Shown: positions 27,720-38,019, numbered from the stretch's first letter. The stretch: DNA of 64,000 nt from Candidatus Latescibacterota bacterium (GCA_022820485.1 JAJEFJ010000031.1:2491-66490); one strand, 5' to 3'. The notes: generated by a model not told the origin, from the letters alone. Program-made: numbers and translations.

Positions 27720-29081
27720 GTGGACTTTCGACTCAACGACGACGAGATACTCGCCTTTATCGCGCGCGGGTACCATATCTTCCACCCCGCGATCGACGCG
27801 GAGATACACCAAGCGGTTTACGCTCAGACCCGCGCCGCCTTTGTCGAGGGCAAAAATCCCGGCAACGCCATCTACGAACAGGTCCCGGCACTTGCGCAGG
27901 TATTGTCGCATCCACAGGTGGTAGGGGCGCTGACGAGCATCTTGGGCGCGGATTATCACATGCTCTGCCACCGCCATGCCCACCTGACCCAACCCGGCCA
28001 AGCAGCCGGCGGGTTTCACCAAGACGGAACGCCCCGAACCTTGCGGGGCTGGACCCGTCCCTGGCGCTATGGGCACCGGCCGCGCAAGGTGTTGCTGGTG
28101 TACTTCCCCCATGCAGTGCCCAAAGAGTTAGGGCCGACGACCTTGGTGCCCGGGTCGCAGTACTATCGACAGCGGCCCGAGGCAATGGAAGCCTTGGAAT
28201 GCGGGGTCGAGGGCGACGCCGGGATAATGGCCATCTGCCACTTCTCGTCTTGGCATCGGGCCGGAGCTAATACGAGCAACACTGAGCGGATTATGCTCAA
28301 ATTTGTCTTCGACCGCCGGGGCGAGCCGCAAGCGCCTAGCTGGCAGGCCGCAGCATCCTACCATCCCGATTTTACCGCAACCGCACGCCAATGGTCGGCG
28401 CTCCCCGACGGGCACCTGTTGTGCCTGCCCAAAACTTGGAAGACGATGTGGAACTGGCTTAGCGGCCGCGGAGCCGAACGGCTCGGCAGCACGGCGTCAC
28501 TACCGTCGCTATTCCAAAATTTAGCGTCAGACCAAGAACACGAGGCGCTGGAAGCGGCCTATGGTCTGGGTGGGCAAGTAGATGCCGACGGAGCGCGGGC
28601 TTTAGTCGCCCGGATGCGCCACGGAGACGAGCAAGAGCGCGAGATGGCCGCAGTGGCGCTGAGTGCGGCGGGCCACGTCGCCGTGGATGCGCTGCGCGAG
28701 ACGCTGGCGGACCCCGATCCGTGGCTGCGGGCGATGGCCGCGGACATCGCGGGCGACCTAGGCCGCGAAAGCCTAGCGCTACTGCCCGACATCGAGCGCG
28801 CCCTAGAAGACGAAGATGTCTGGGTGCGGCACAATGCCCTACAGGCGCTGGCACTGTGGGGCCGGGAGGCGCACGGTGCAGAGGATCGAGTAGTAGAGGC
28901 ACTGACCGACGCCGAGCCTTTTGTGCGCTTCAACGCCCTCGGCGCACTGATGAGTATGCGTCCCTTGGATGCGCGTTGCGCCAAGTGGTTGCAGCACGTC
29001 GCCGCCAACGATGAAGCGCATCCCCAATGGCGAGCACAAGATGCGTTGCTGCGGTGGGACAACGCCACATTGCGCTATTAG
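27720..29081 (+). CDS. PhyH-like dioxygenase fused to HEAT repeats
   Basis: FHQDG, GPTTLVPGS, WHRA; C-terminal DPDPWLR, DEDVWVR and DAEPFVR repeats. Confidence 0.8.
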   Translation: MDFRLNDDEILAFIARGYHIFHPAIDAEIHQAVYAQTRAAFVEGKNPGNAIYEQVPALAQVLSHPQVVGALTSILGADYHMLCHRHAHLTQPGQAAGGFHQDGTPRTLRGWTRPWRYGHRPRKVLLVYFPHAVPKELGPTTLVPGSQYYRQRPEAMEALECGVEGDAGIMAICHFSSWHRAGANTSNTERIMLKFVFDRRGEPQAPSWQAAASYHPDFTATARQWSALPDGHLLCLPKTWKTMWNWLSGRGAERLGSTASLPSLFQNLASDQEHEALEAAYGLGGQVDADGARALVARMRHGDEQEREMAAVALSAAGHVAVDALRETLADPDPWLRAMAADIAGDLGRESLALLPDIERALEDEDVWVRHNALQALALWGREAHGAEDRVVEALTDAEPFVRFNALGALMSMRPLDARCAKWLQHVAANDEAHPQWRAQDALLRWDNATLRY

Positions 29082-29101
29082 CTGCGCCGAAAGGAAAAGT
29101 C

Positions 29102-30517
29102 ATGCACGAGACCAACCTACTGCGAGCCGGAGCGGCGATGATCGACATCACCCCGCCGGCAGGGACGCATTTATCAGGCAGCGGGGCTGGCGAACACCGC
29201 CCGGCTCAGGCCGTGATGGACCCGCTCTTTGCCAAGGCCATCGTCTTTGAGGCGGGCGAGCGGCGCGTCTGCATGGTGATCTTGGACCTCACCATTGTCA
29301 CTGGCGACTATACGGACCAAATCCGCGCCGCCATCGGCGAGCAAACGGGTATCTCACCCGAGGCGATCATGGTCCAGGCGACCCAGACGCACTCCGCCCC
29401 GAGCCTCGGCTACTTCATGCTGGACCCAGATTTCCCATTGGAGACGACCGAGGAGACCGAGTATCTGCGCGGGGCCGAGCGCGCCTATGGCGACCGGGCC
29501 GCTGCCGCCGCAGTCGAGGCCGCAGTCGAAGCGGTGGACAAACTGCAACCTGTGCGCATCGGTCTGGGGCGCGGCGTATTGGGGGATTTGGCCTTCAATC
29601 GCCGAGGCATACGCCGGGACGGCACCATCGCCATGCCCAAGCCGCTGGGTCGGGAGCAGCAGCCGTTCGGGATCGCGGATATCTGCTATCTCGAAGGGCC
29701 GATGGACCCGGAAGTCGGCGTGTGCTGCATACAAGATATGGATATGCAGCCGCTGGCCTTTCTCCTGCACTACACCTGTCACCCGGTCAATGCGTTCGGC
29801 TACCCCGAGACCTACCGGGCCGTGTCCGCGGATTGGCCTGGTGCTTGGACGAAACAGATGCAGCAGCTATTCGGCTCCGCCGCCGTGCCGTTGGTCGTCA
29901 ACGGCTGTTGCGGCAACATCAACCCCTGGCACCCCTTCGACCCGGATTGCCGACCAGATCACCAGCGGATGGGGCGAGAATTGGCCCAGATGAGCGAGCG
30001 AATCGTACACAATATGGCGTTTGCCAACGACGCTACGTTGGACTTTAAGCTGGAAAAGGTCGGCCTGCCCTTGCGCGAAATTCCAGCCGAGCGCTTGCGC
30101 GAGGTCAACGCGATCCTCACTGAGCATCCGCAACCGCCGCGCGGTGCCAACGGCGAAGTGGACCCGCACTGGTTCCGGGCCGCATCGACCCACAGCGTCG
30201 AACTATGCCGCCAGCGGGACGCCGAGTTCCCCTATGAAATCCAAGCTTTCCGCATCGGCGACCTCGGCGTAATCGGCCTGCCGGGGGAACCTTTTGTCGA
30301 AGGACAACTCGCGCTCAAAACGAACTCAGCGGCCCCTTTTCTCTTTCCAGCGCACCTCACCACGCACTACGTCGGCTACCTGCCGACGCGGGCGGCCTAC
30401 GCCCGAGGCGGACACGAGGCCAATGAAGACGTTACCTACTGGGCCAAACTCGCCCCCGGCAGCCTCGAAACGGTCGTCGAGCAGGCCCGGACGCTGGTAG
30501 AAGAGCTGTTCGCATGA
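29102..30517 (+). CDS. Neutral/alkaline ceramidase-like hydrolase
   Basis: IDITP, ATQTHSAP, YTCHP, GCCGNINP, GLPGEPF, GYLPT. Confidence 0.7.
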   Translation: MHETNLLRAGAAMIDITPPAGTHLSGSGAGEHRPAQAVMDPLFAKAIVFEAGERRVCMVILDLTIVTGDYTDQIRAAIGEQTGISPEAIMVQATQTHSAPSLGYFMLDPDFPLETTEETEYLRGAERAYGDRAAAAAVEAAVEAVDKLQPVRIGLGRGVLGDLAFNRRGIRRDGTIAMPKPLGREQQPFGIADICYLEGPMDPEVGVCCIQDMDMQPLAFLLHYTCHPVNAFGYPETYRAVSADWPGAWTKQMQQLFGSAAVPLVVNGCCGNINPWHPFDPDCRPDHQRMGRELAQMSERIVHNMAFANDATLDFKLEKVGLPLREIPAERLREVNAILTEHPQPPRGANGEVDPHWFRAASTHSVELCRQRDAEFPYEIQAFRIGDLGVIGLPGEPFVEGQLALKTNSAAPFLFPAHLTTHYVGYLPTRAAYARGGHEANEDVTYWAKLAPGSLETVVEQARTLVEELFA

Positions 30518-32562
30518 ACCATTTATCAAACGCATTCCTCGTCGCCGCAATAACCCTACTCACCGGTGCAGTCGCCTCCTTGGCTGAAGAAGGAATGCAG
30601 CCGCAAGTCGCGATCATTACTGGCGAATTTCGGGATCCCCGCTCGCGGGAAATCGGGTTTCAATACGACTCTGCTCCGGCACGGACCACGTCTCGCGTCA
30701 TCCTAGACGAGCAGAATCGCTTCTCCCTCTCGGTGCCCACTGCGTGGGGGACCCTCGTCATCGGACGGTACGAAAGCGGGTTCCCTAACTTGTGGCAGCT
30801 ACTGAAGTTCATGGTCTTTGACAAGCGCGAGCTGTTCTTCTTCTATGTCGAACCCGGCGATAGTTTGCACATCGCCGTGGAGGAGAGCTTTTTCGGACCT
30901 TCCTATTCGTTTAGCGGCCCAGGAGCCGACAACAACCGCTTCGTGGTCGAATGGATGTCCGAATTCGGCCCCTTCAGTCTAGACTACGAGGGGCTGGAAA
31001 TCGCGGATTTCAAGCACCAAGTAGATCAGCGGCGGCAAGACCAGTTCGAGTTTCTGGCCGAAGGACGCGAGGAATACGCGCTCACCCCGGGATTTGTCGA
31101 TTATGCTACGGCATTCATCAAGTACGAATGGGCTCAGCGCATGGTTTCCTACCCGAGGCATTACTATCGCGCCAACGGACGCGAGAACAAAGCTATTGTG
31201 CCGGCCTACTACGACTTCCTGCTAGATATTCCCCTAGCGGACGAAAAGGCCATAGTCACGCCGGATTATGACACATTTGTAGATCTTGCGCTCGACTGGT
31301 TTGCGAAGATGGAAGCGGAAGATAGAGAGCAACACAAAGCTCCTGCCATGTCTAAGCTCCTGCAACTGTCGCAGTACGGCCTGTCGGATTCGGCCCAAGC
31401 TCGCTTTGATTCAATCTACGAAAAGAACAACGTTCCTATCCTAGGCCTGTCACAGCGAATCGATTTGTCTCGGTACGGTCTGTCGGACTCGCTCCAAGCT
31501 CGGCTCGATTCAAGTTACGAAAAGGCCGAGAAACCAAAACTGTCCGAACAATTCGACTTGTCGCGGCTGGGCGCGTCGCAAGCAAAGCAAGCCCTCCTCG
31601 ACTCGCTGTTCGCCCAGACCAGATCCTATAGGAGTACCTATCCAAGTGAAGACGCGCCGAGAGTCGATACTACGGACGGGAAGGTGGTTTTTCACCTAGC
31701 CAAAGAAGGACAGTTGGAAGAGTTCGCCAAGACGCGCAAGCTATCCGAGAAAATCGATGTGTCGGGATTGGGGCTGTCGCATTCGCTCCAGGCCCAGCTC
31801 GATTCAAGTTACGCAAACCACAAACCGCGCAAGCTGTCGGACATCGTCGATCTAGCGCAGTTCGATTTGTCGGCGGCAGCCCAAGCCCAGCTCGACTCGC
31901 TATTCGCCGAACCACTAGGTTGGACGACTTGGAGTTTTGCACAGCGATACGATCAAGCGAAGAAGTCCATGGAGGGGCGGGTGCTATACTGGTATCTGGC
32001 CGGGCAGGTAATCAAGGGATTTGAAGGCGGTAGCGAGCAATTTGAATTGGCCCGCGAGAAGTGGGAGGATTTCGAGAAAATCAACCCGCACCCAGAATAC
32101 ACCGAGGCGGTCGCCGCGGCGTTGCACAAGGCCCTTCGTCTGCGCCCTAAGCAACCTGCCCCCGATTTCACCCTCTCCGACCTCAACGGCCAGCCAGTAT
32201 CCCTGAGTCAGTTCAAAGAGAAGGCGGTATTCTTGGATTTCTGGGCAAGTTGGTGCGGGCCGTGTATCAGCAACTTGGCTTTTCTGCGACAGATCAAAGC
32301 GCAAATGGCTGACCAGCAGGTCGTGTTCCTCAATATCTCGTTGGATGAAAGCGATTCCGCCTGGCGCAAGGCCGTCGCCGAACACGGAATCAAAGGCGTC
32401 CACGTGCGGGCTCACGGATGGGGCTCCGAAGTGGCGAAAAGCTATAACGTGACGAGCTTGCCCGAGTATTATATAGTGGACGCGCAGGGATTGATTGCGG
32501 AGCGTCTATCTACAGTACGCGATACAGACGAGATTATAGCGACGATCGAGAAGAGCTTGTGA
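30514..32562 (+). CDS. Secreted TlpA/redoxin protein with an internal repeat insertion
   Basis: Signal peptide; C-terminal APDFTL...DFWASWCGPC thioredoxin fold. Confidence 0.85.
   Translation: MNHLSNAFLVAAITLLTGAVASLAEEGMQPQVAIITGEFRDPRSREIGFQYDSAPARTTSRVILDEQNRFSLSVPTAWGTLVIGRYESGFPNLWQLLKFMVFDKRELFFFYVEPGDSLHIAVEESFFGPSYSFSGPGADNNRFVVEWMSEFGPFSLDYEGLEIADFKHQVDQRRQDQFEFLAEGREEYALTPGFVDYATAFIKYEWAQRMVSYPRHYYRANGRENKAIVPAYYDFLLDIPLADEKAIVTPDYDTFVDLALDWFAKMEAEDREQHKAPAMSKLLQLSQYGLSDSAQARFDSIYEKNNVPILGLSQRIDLSRYGLSDSLQARLDSSYEKAEKPKLSEQFDLSRLGASQAKQALLDSLFAQTRSYRSTYPSEDAPRVDTTDGKVVFHLAKEGQLEEFAKTRKLSEKIDVSGLGLSHSLQAQLDSSYANHKPRKLSDIVDLAQFDLSAAAQAQLDSLFAEPLGWTTWSFAQRYDQAKKSMEGRVLYWYLAGQVIKGFEGGSEQFELAREKWEDFEKINPHPEYTEAVAAALHKALRLRPKQPAPDFTLSDLNGQPVSLSQFKEKAVFLDFWASWCGPCISNLAFLRQIKAQMADQQVVFLNISLDESDSAWRKAVAEHGIKGVHVRAHGWGSEVAKSYNVTSLPEYYIVDAQGLIAERLSTVRDTDEIIATIEKSL
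31348..31910 (+). repeat. Five ~25-30 aa coding repeats (LS..[IF]DLS..GLS.S.QA.LDS.[YF])
   Basis: Visible in the protein and in DNA (repeated gctcgattcaagttacg and gactcgct). Confidence 0.85.
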
Positions 32563-32645
32563 AGGAGAAAGTCAATGCCCGCGTCTTCGCCACGCCGCCT
32601 GTCAGAATTGATGCGGTACAGGCATGACAGTAGATTCATGATGTC

Positions 32646-32915
32646 ATGCCTGCTACTCAGATTATCCTTCGCAATGTCGATCCCGAACTCTTGCGGCGAC
32701 TTCGCGCTATCAGCACAGAACGCGGCGAGAGCTTGAACAGCACCGTGCTGCGTCTCCTGAAAGACGCGGTCGGGCTAGATGCGCGTCGCGACCGCCTGCG
32801 CCGGTACGTCACCTGGACGGCCGACGACCTCTCGGAGTTTACCGATGCGCTACGTGCACAGCGAATCGTCAATGAACGGCAGGCAGTGAACTTCCTACCG
32901 GGTATCCACGGGTGA
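32646..32915 (+). CDS. FitA/Arc-like ribbon-helix-helix antitoxin (orphan)
   Basis: QIILRNVDPELLRRLRAISTERGESLNSTVLRLL. Confidence 0.65.
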   Translation: MPATQIILRNVDPELLRRLRAISTERGESLNSTVLRLLKDAVGLDARRDRLRRYVTWTADDLSEFTDALRAQRIVNERQAVNFLPGIHG

Positions 32916-32940
32916 TCGACTATGTGGGCACTCCCACCTT

Positions 32941-33972
32941 TCAGCTATTGAACCCAACTTCGCGCTCTCCCCTGTCGGCCGCCTCCTGAATGCGAACGAC
33001 GTTGCGCGTCGAGCCTAGTACCGCAGCGGTGTCGAGGCCGTTGGCGGGAACTTCGTCGGCGATGTCGTCGAGGAAGGAGCGCAGATAGCCGCCCCGTTGG
33101 GCCGGGGGTAGCGGCTCGATCTGCACAGTGGCGTCTTCCCTGCCGAGCACTTGAATTTCCTTGGCCGTAGTCGCAGTCTCGATTACTCCATCCCGCCCCC
33201 AAAACGTAGTCCGCCAGTAGTAGGGCATGGTGTAGCCCGCCCTATCGGGAGCGAAGTACGACACGTCGCCCAACACCCCACAGCCATTGTCCATCTCCAG
33301 CATCATCTGCCCGGCGTCCTGCATGTGGAAATCCTCGGGGACAAAGGCCCGCCAGCAGCGCGCGGCGTTGATTTTCGACCACTGGCGGCCCGTGACCCAA
33401 GGCAAGGCGTCGATGGCGTGGATGCCAATATCAGTGATGGTGCCGCCGTGTTTGCCCTGTTCAAAATACCAGCCGGGCCGCGAGCCCAAGAGCAGTGGGT
33501 GTTGGCCACCAAAGGCGATGGCGTGGACTTCGCCGATGCGGCCAGCTTGGATCAGGTTGCGCGCGCCGATAAACGCAGCCGAGTCGCGCATGGTCAACAT
33601 GCAGCCGACCTTGAGGTTTTTCTCGCCCGCCAATGCCTCAATGCGGTCGAGATCGGCCATTTTGGTGCACAGAGGTTTGTCGCCGATGACGTGCTTACCG
33701 CGCGTGAGAGCATCGATCAGCACCGGGCCGCGACCGGCGAAATAGGTACCGGTCGCAACGATATCACAGTCCACCTCGTCGAGCATCTGCTCGATCCGGT
33801 CGTGGGTAATTGCGGCAGTGCCCTTTGCGCGGATTTCGGCGCGTGTCTCCGCGTGCTCCTCGCACGCAGCTACCACTTCGAGCGTGGACGAGTCGCAAGC
33901 TAGTGCGTAGAGGTCGAAGATGTGGCCGTGGCGGAAACCGGCGAAGGCGATTTTGTGAGGGGCTTCACTCAT
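32941..33972 (-). CDS. Gfo/Idh/MocA oxidoreductase
   Basis: GKHVIGDKP, GRIGEV, GGTITDIGIHAID. Confidence 0.9.
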   Translation of the reverse strand: MSEAPHKIAFAGFRHGHIFDLYALACDSSTLEVVAACEEHAETRAEIRAKGTAAITHDRIEQMLDEVDCDIVATGTYFAGRGPVLIDALTRGKHVIGDKPLCTKMADLDRIEALAGEKNLKVGCMLTMRDSAAFIGARNLIQAGRIGEVHAIAFGGQHPLLLGSRPGWYFEQGKHGGTITDIGIHAIDALPWVTGRQWSKINAARCWRAFVPEDFHMQDAGQMMLEMDNGCGVLGDVSYFAPDRAGYTMPYYWRTTFWGRDGVIETATTAKEIQVLGREDATVQIEPLPPAQRGGYLRSFLDDIADEVPANGLDTAAVLGSTRNVVRIQEAADRGEREVGFNS

Positions 33973-33984
33973 TCTTACCTCGAC

Positions 33985-34713
33985 TCACGATTCCTCTTCC
34001 TCGTCGCCGTACGAGTGCCCGCCGAAAATGGCCCGCAGTTCGGCCGCGGACGTGGCTTGGCGCATCTGGGCCATGCGCTCGGCCTCGTGTTTTTGCAGAG
34101 CGCGGACGTTTTCCAGCACCGCGCTGAGCTTGTCAGCGGGGAATTTCACCGCGCCGTTTTCGTCCATGTGAATGATCTCGCCCGGGGCCACATCCATGCC
34201 GGCGACTGAGACCGGCACATTAACCGCGTGAATGGCTTGGGCACCGTGACCAGCGGTGACGCCGCTGAGCAAGTACTGGAACTTCATCGGGCGGATCTCG
34301 TCAATGTCGCGCGAGGGCCCGTTGGAAATCGCGCCAACGCAGCCAATGGCCTGCATAGCAGTAGTCATGTTGCCGCCGGCTAGGCCGACCTTGCCCGCGA
34401 TTTCGGGCGGAAACTTCTGCTGGAAGACCAAGATCGTCGGCTTGGGCGAGGCGTCGAGGGCATCGAGAACGTCCATGAAGCTAACGCCGCTGTAATTGGG
34501 ATCGGGCAGGCCGTAAGTGCAAGTGACCGCGTAGCCGACCGTAGGGCCAAGCTCGGGATACATGCAGCGCAGCGACTGATCGGTGTACCAGTTTTCGCTC
34601 CAGGGATTGTATAGTCCCAAGCACAAGGGGTCGCCCGGATAGGTGGCGACGACATTGGTAATGGAAGGCGTGTCGAAGTTTTTCAGTTCTTCAAGCATTT
34701 CTTGTTCGGTCAT
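33985..34713 (-). CDS. RraA/HMG-aldolase family protein
   Basis: VGYAVT, GPSRDIDEI, VAPGEIIHMDENG. Confidence 0.85.
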   Translation of the reverse strand: MTEQEMLEELKNFDTPSITNVVATYPGDPLCLGLYNPWSENWYTDQSLRCMYPELGPTVGYAVTCTYGLPDPNYSGVSFMDVLDALDASPKPTILVFQQKFPPEIAGKVGLAGGNMTTAMQAIGCVGAISNGPSRDIDEIRPMKFQYLLSGVTAGHGAQAIHAVNVPVSVAGMDVAPGEIIHMDENGAVKFPADKLSAVLENVRALQKHEAERMAQMRQATSAAELRAIFGGHSYGDEEEES

Positions 34714-34743
34714 TAGAAGCTCCTGATTAGGTAATGGGAAAGG

Positions 34744-35124
34744 TCAACCCGCGTCTGCCGCTTTCTTCTTTAGCGCATGGTAAAACAGATTCGCTACGAG
34801 GCACATAGCGAGGATGACCAAATAGGCACCTATTGTGCCGATCTCTTGCTTAAGAATGTCCATCACAACGTTGAGGATGATCAGCGCAGCACCGTACAGT
34901 GCGAGGACATGCCACCACTTCACGGCACTTCTTCCTTCCGTCGTCGCTTTCTTCTTTAGCATCTGATAAAACAGACCAGCAGATACGAAAATCATAGCGA
35001 GGAAGGCCAAATAGGCTCCTATCACGCCGATCGCACTCTGGGTAATGACCGTCACAGCATTGATGACGATCAGCGCAGCATACAGTGCGAAAAAATGCCG
35101 CCACTCAAAGTTCCAACGGTCCAT
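34744..35124 (-). CDS. Small membrane protein with internal duplication
   Basis: AAGGAG RBS; two homologous halves each ending LFY..LKKKA. Confidence 0.7.
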   Translation of the reverse strand: MDRWNFEWRHFFALYAALIVINAVTVITQSAIGVIGAYLAFLAMIFVSAGLFYQMLKKKATTEGRSAVKWWHVLALYGAALIILNVVMDILKQEIGTIGAYLVILAMCLVANLFYHALKKKAADAG

Positions 35125-35168
35125 AACACTCGCTCCTTATCGGTAGTAGTTCCAATGTGCGCGTCGCG

Positions 35169-35981
35169 TCAATGCTGATCGCGCCGCGGCAGAATCGGCT
35201 GATTCTTCAACTCGCGGATTAGCTCTACCAGCCCCTCAGTCGCCGCTGCTAAAAATTTTTCGCCCTTTTCCTTGGTAGCTTTAGTCGCGTCCCCCATAAC
35301 CCCGCTGCCCGTCTGCTGGCTCCAATAGGGTATCAGCCGCGCACCCGATCCCTCGGGATGCGTGCCGGCCAACAGGTCGGTGCGGAAACTAGGCGACAGC
35401 GGCGAACGCTCGTCAACAGCCTTGTCCATTTCGACGAGTTCCGGCTTGAGCGCCAAGTAAAGCGAAGTCTCGTATTCGCCGGCGTGCGAAGTGCCGCCGT
35501 AGTCCGAGTCGCGCAGTTCGTTGCCCACGGTCTTGGCGCGGCGTATATCCCAGTGATTGACCGAGGCACAGAGGATCTGCCCCTCGTATTCGAGGACGGT
35601 GAGACGGGCCGCTAGGTCGAGCGGCGAGGTGTTGGAGCCGTGGCCATTGACGATGAGGATGCGCTTAAAGCCGTGGTGGGCCAAGCTGCAACACACGTCC
35701 TTGACGTAGCGGATAAAGGTGTCCCACGTAATGGTCAGGGTGCCGTGGAAATCCATGTGGTGCGGGCTGTAGCCGTGGGTGACGGGCGGAGCGAGCACGG
35801 CTTCCTCTGGGATGCGGGCCACGGCGCGCTCGCAAATGCCGTGACACAGCACCACGTCCGTATCCACCGGCAGATGCGGACCGTGGTCTTCGTGGGTGGC
35901 GACGGGCAGCACGGCCACGCGGCCCGCGGCGGCAGCGTCCCGGGTCTCGTTCCAGATCATTTCAGCGTAGCGGTATTTCAC
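35169..35981 (-). CDS. Creatininase-family amidohydrolase
   Basis: EDHGPHLPVDTD, NGHGSN, HAGEYETS; GTG start after AAGGAG. Confidence 0.9.
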   Translation of the reverse strand: MKYRYAEMIWNETRDAAAAGRVAVLPVATHEDHGPHLPVDTDVVLCHGICERAVARIPEEAVLAPPVTHGYSPHHMDFHGTLTITWDTFIRYVKDVCCSLAHHGFKRILIVNGHGSNTSPLDLAARLTVLEYEGQILCASVNHWDIRRAKTVGNELRDSDYGGTSHAGEYETSLYLALKPELVEMDKAVDERSPLSPSFRTDLLAGTHPEGSGARLIPYWSQQTGSGVMGDATKATKEKGEKFLAAATEGLVELIRELKNQPILPRRDQH

Positions 35982-36149
35982 GGCAGTTCGCTCCTTGAGT
36001 GTAGTAGAGTCAGCGCACGAGAACGCGGGAAGAAATACGCAATTCGTGCAGCAGGGGCAAGTTGCCGTTCCTCGACAGTTTTTGGCATCCCTTCTATATT
36101 GGTAGAAGGGGCAACGATACTCGCAACTTAATCGAAGGAACAGCAATAC

Positions 36150-37244
36150 ATGGGTCGCAAGATACGCCTCGGTGTGCTCTGCGGCGGGCGCTCGGCCGAG
36201 CACGAGGTCTCGGTGATTTCAGCGCGCTCGATGTTGGAAGCCATCGACAAGGACAAGTACGAATTGGTGATGATCGGCATCTCCAAGGAAGGGCGCTGGC
36301 TGTCCGCTGCGGACACGCAGCAACTTCTGGCGTCCAGTCAGGTCCACGAGGACGGACTAACACCAGTAGCACTCGACTATCTGGGGACGCGCTCGCTCGT
36401 GGCGCAGCGAGGCGATGTGCAGGACCAAGCCCTCGACGTAATCTTCCCCCTCTTGCACGGCCCCTACGGCGAGGACGGCACCATACAGGGCCTGATGGAA
36501 CTGGCCAATGTAGCGTATGTAGGGGCCGGAGTCGTCGGCTCGGCCGTGGGCATGGACAAGGAGCTGATGAAGCGGGTCTTCAAGGCCGAGGGATTGCCGC
36601 AGGTGGACTACCAAGTAGTGCGGCGCAGCCGGTGGGAAAAGGACCGCGCCGGAGTGCGGGCCGAAGTTGAAGCCGCGCTGGACTACCCCGTCTTCGTCAA
36701 GCCAGTGAACCTCGGTTCGAGCGTCGGGGTGAGCAAAGCCTGCGATGGTGCCGAACTGGAACAGGCCATCGACGACGCAGCGCAATACGACTACAAGATC
36801 GTGGTCGAAGCCGAAGCTACTGGCTGCCGCGAAGTCGAAGTGGCGATCTTGGGCAACGAGTCGCCGGAAGCGTCCATTACCGGCGAGATCGTGCCGGGCA
36901 ACGACTTTTACGACTACAACGCCAAATACATCGACGACAATTCCGATCTAATCATTCCAGCGCGTATCTCACCCGCCACCCAAGAGGCCGTGCGCGAGCT
37001 AGGCATCCGGGCCTTTCAGGCGATAGAAGCCTGGGGGTTAGCTCGGGTGGACTTTTTCGTGCGCGAAAGCGATGAGACGATTTTCGTCAACGAGATCAAC
37101 ACCATGCCGGGGTTTACGCCCATCAGCATGTATCCCAAGCTGTGGGAGGCGAGCGGCGTGAGTTACGGTGATTTGATCGACCGGTTGGTCCAGTTGGGAA
37201 TCGAGCGACACGAGGACAAGCAGAAGACGAAGACAGCGCGGTAA
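36150..37244 (+). CDS. ddl: D-alanine-D-alanine ligase
   Basis: GGRSAEHEVS, HGPYGEDG, GSSVG, NEINTMPGFT. Confidence 0.97.
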   Translation: MGRKIRLGVLCGGRSAEHEVSVISARSMLEAIDKDKYELVMIGISKEGRWLSAADTQQLLASSQVHEDGLTPVALDYLGTRSLVAQRGDVQDQALDVIFPLLHGPYGEDGTIQGLMELANVAYVGAGVVGSAVGMDKELMKRVFKAEGLPQVDYQVVRRSRWEKDRAGVRAEVEAALDYPVFVKPVNLGSSVGVSKACDGAELEQAIDDAAQYDYKIVVEAEATGCREVEVAILGNESPEASITGEIVPGNDFYDYNAKYIDDNSDLIIPARISPATQEAVRELGIRAFQAIEAWGLARVDFFVRESDETIFVNEINTMPGFTPISMYPKLWEASGVSYGDLIDRLVQLGIERHEDKQKTKTAR

Positions 37245-37311
37245 GCGGTATGCACATTCTGCGTCCTTCTGCGTCCTTCTGCGGATAATCGTATTGATTG
37301 CGAATTGATCT

Positions 37312-38019
37312 ATGAAAACAGCACGCTGGGAAAAGGGCAACGTCAGCAACCTAATTTCGTTTGCCCTATTGGTGGCGGGCCTCTGGGGACGCGTTGAGGA
37401 TGTAGCTGGCAGCGAATGGGTACTGGCGGTCGGGTTGTTTGGCTTTGCCGGCGGCGCGACCAACTGGTTAGCAGTAAAAATGCTCTTCGACCGGGTGCCC
37501 CTGCTGTACGGGTCAGGAGTGATCCCAGCGCGGTTTCGCGCCATCCGGGAAGCGGTCAAAGACGCCATCATGCGCTACTTCTTCGACGAGGAGTATCTAG
37601 AGCGATTCTTTGCCGAGCGGATGGCCGGAGACGACGTGGGAGAAAAGGTGCAAAAGGTGCTGGCGTCCGACGAGGTTGACGCGATCATCGACCGCAAGCT
37701 AGACGAGTTGGCGGAATCGCCGCAGGGGATGATGCTCCAGTTGGTCGGGACGCAGACGGTCAAGCCGCTAGTCAAGCAGTTCGTGATTGGGTTCGGAAGC
37801 GAGATCGCGCCGCTTTTGGCCGACGAGGCGGGCATTGACGTCAGCACCATGCGGCAGCAGGTTGACGGCCTGCTGGAAACCAAGTTGGAGGAGTTGACGC
37901 CCGACCGAGTCAAGGAGATGATGGAGGAAGTAATCCGCGAGCACTTGGGCTGGCTAATCATCTGGGGCAATGTGTTCGGCGGCACTATTGGACTTTTATC
38001 TAAAGCACTGGGGTATTAA
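37312..38019 (+). CDS. DUF445-family membrane protein
   Basis: TNWLAVKMLF...GVIP; HLGWLIIWGNVFGGTIG. Confidence 0.8.
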   Translation: MKTARWEKGNVSNLISFALLVAGLWGRVEDVAGSEWVLAVGLFGFAGGATNWLAVKMLFDRVPLLYGSGVIPARFRAIREAVKDAIMRYFFDEEYLERFFAERMAGDDVGEKVQKVLASDEVDAIIDRKLDELAESPQGMMLQLVGTQTVKPLVKQFVIGFGSEIAPLLADEAGIDVSTMRQQVDGLLETKLEELTPDRVKEMMEEVIREHLGWLIIWGNVFGGTIGLLSKALGY

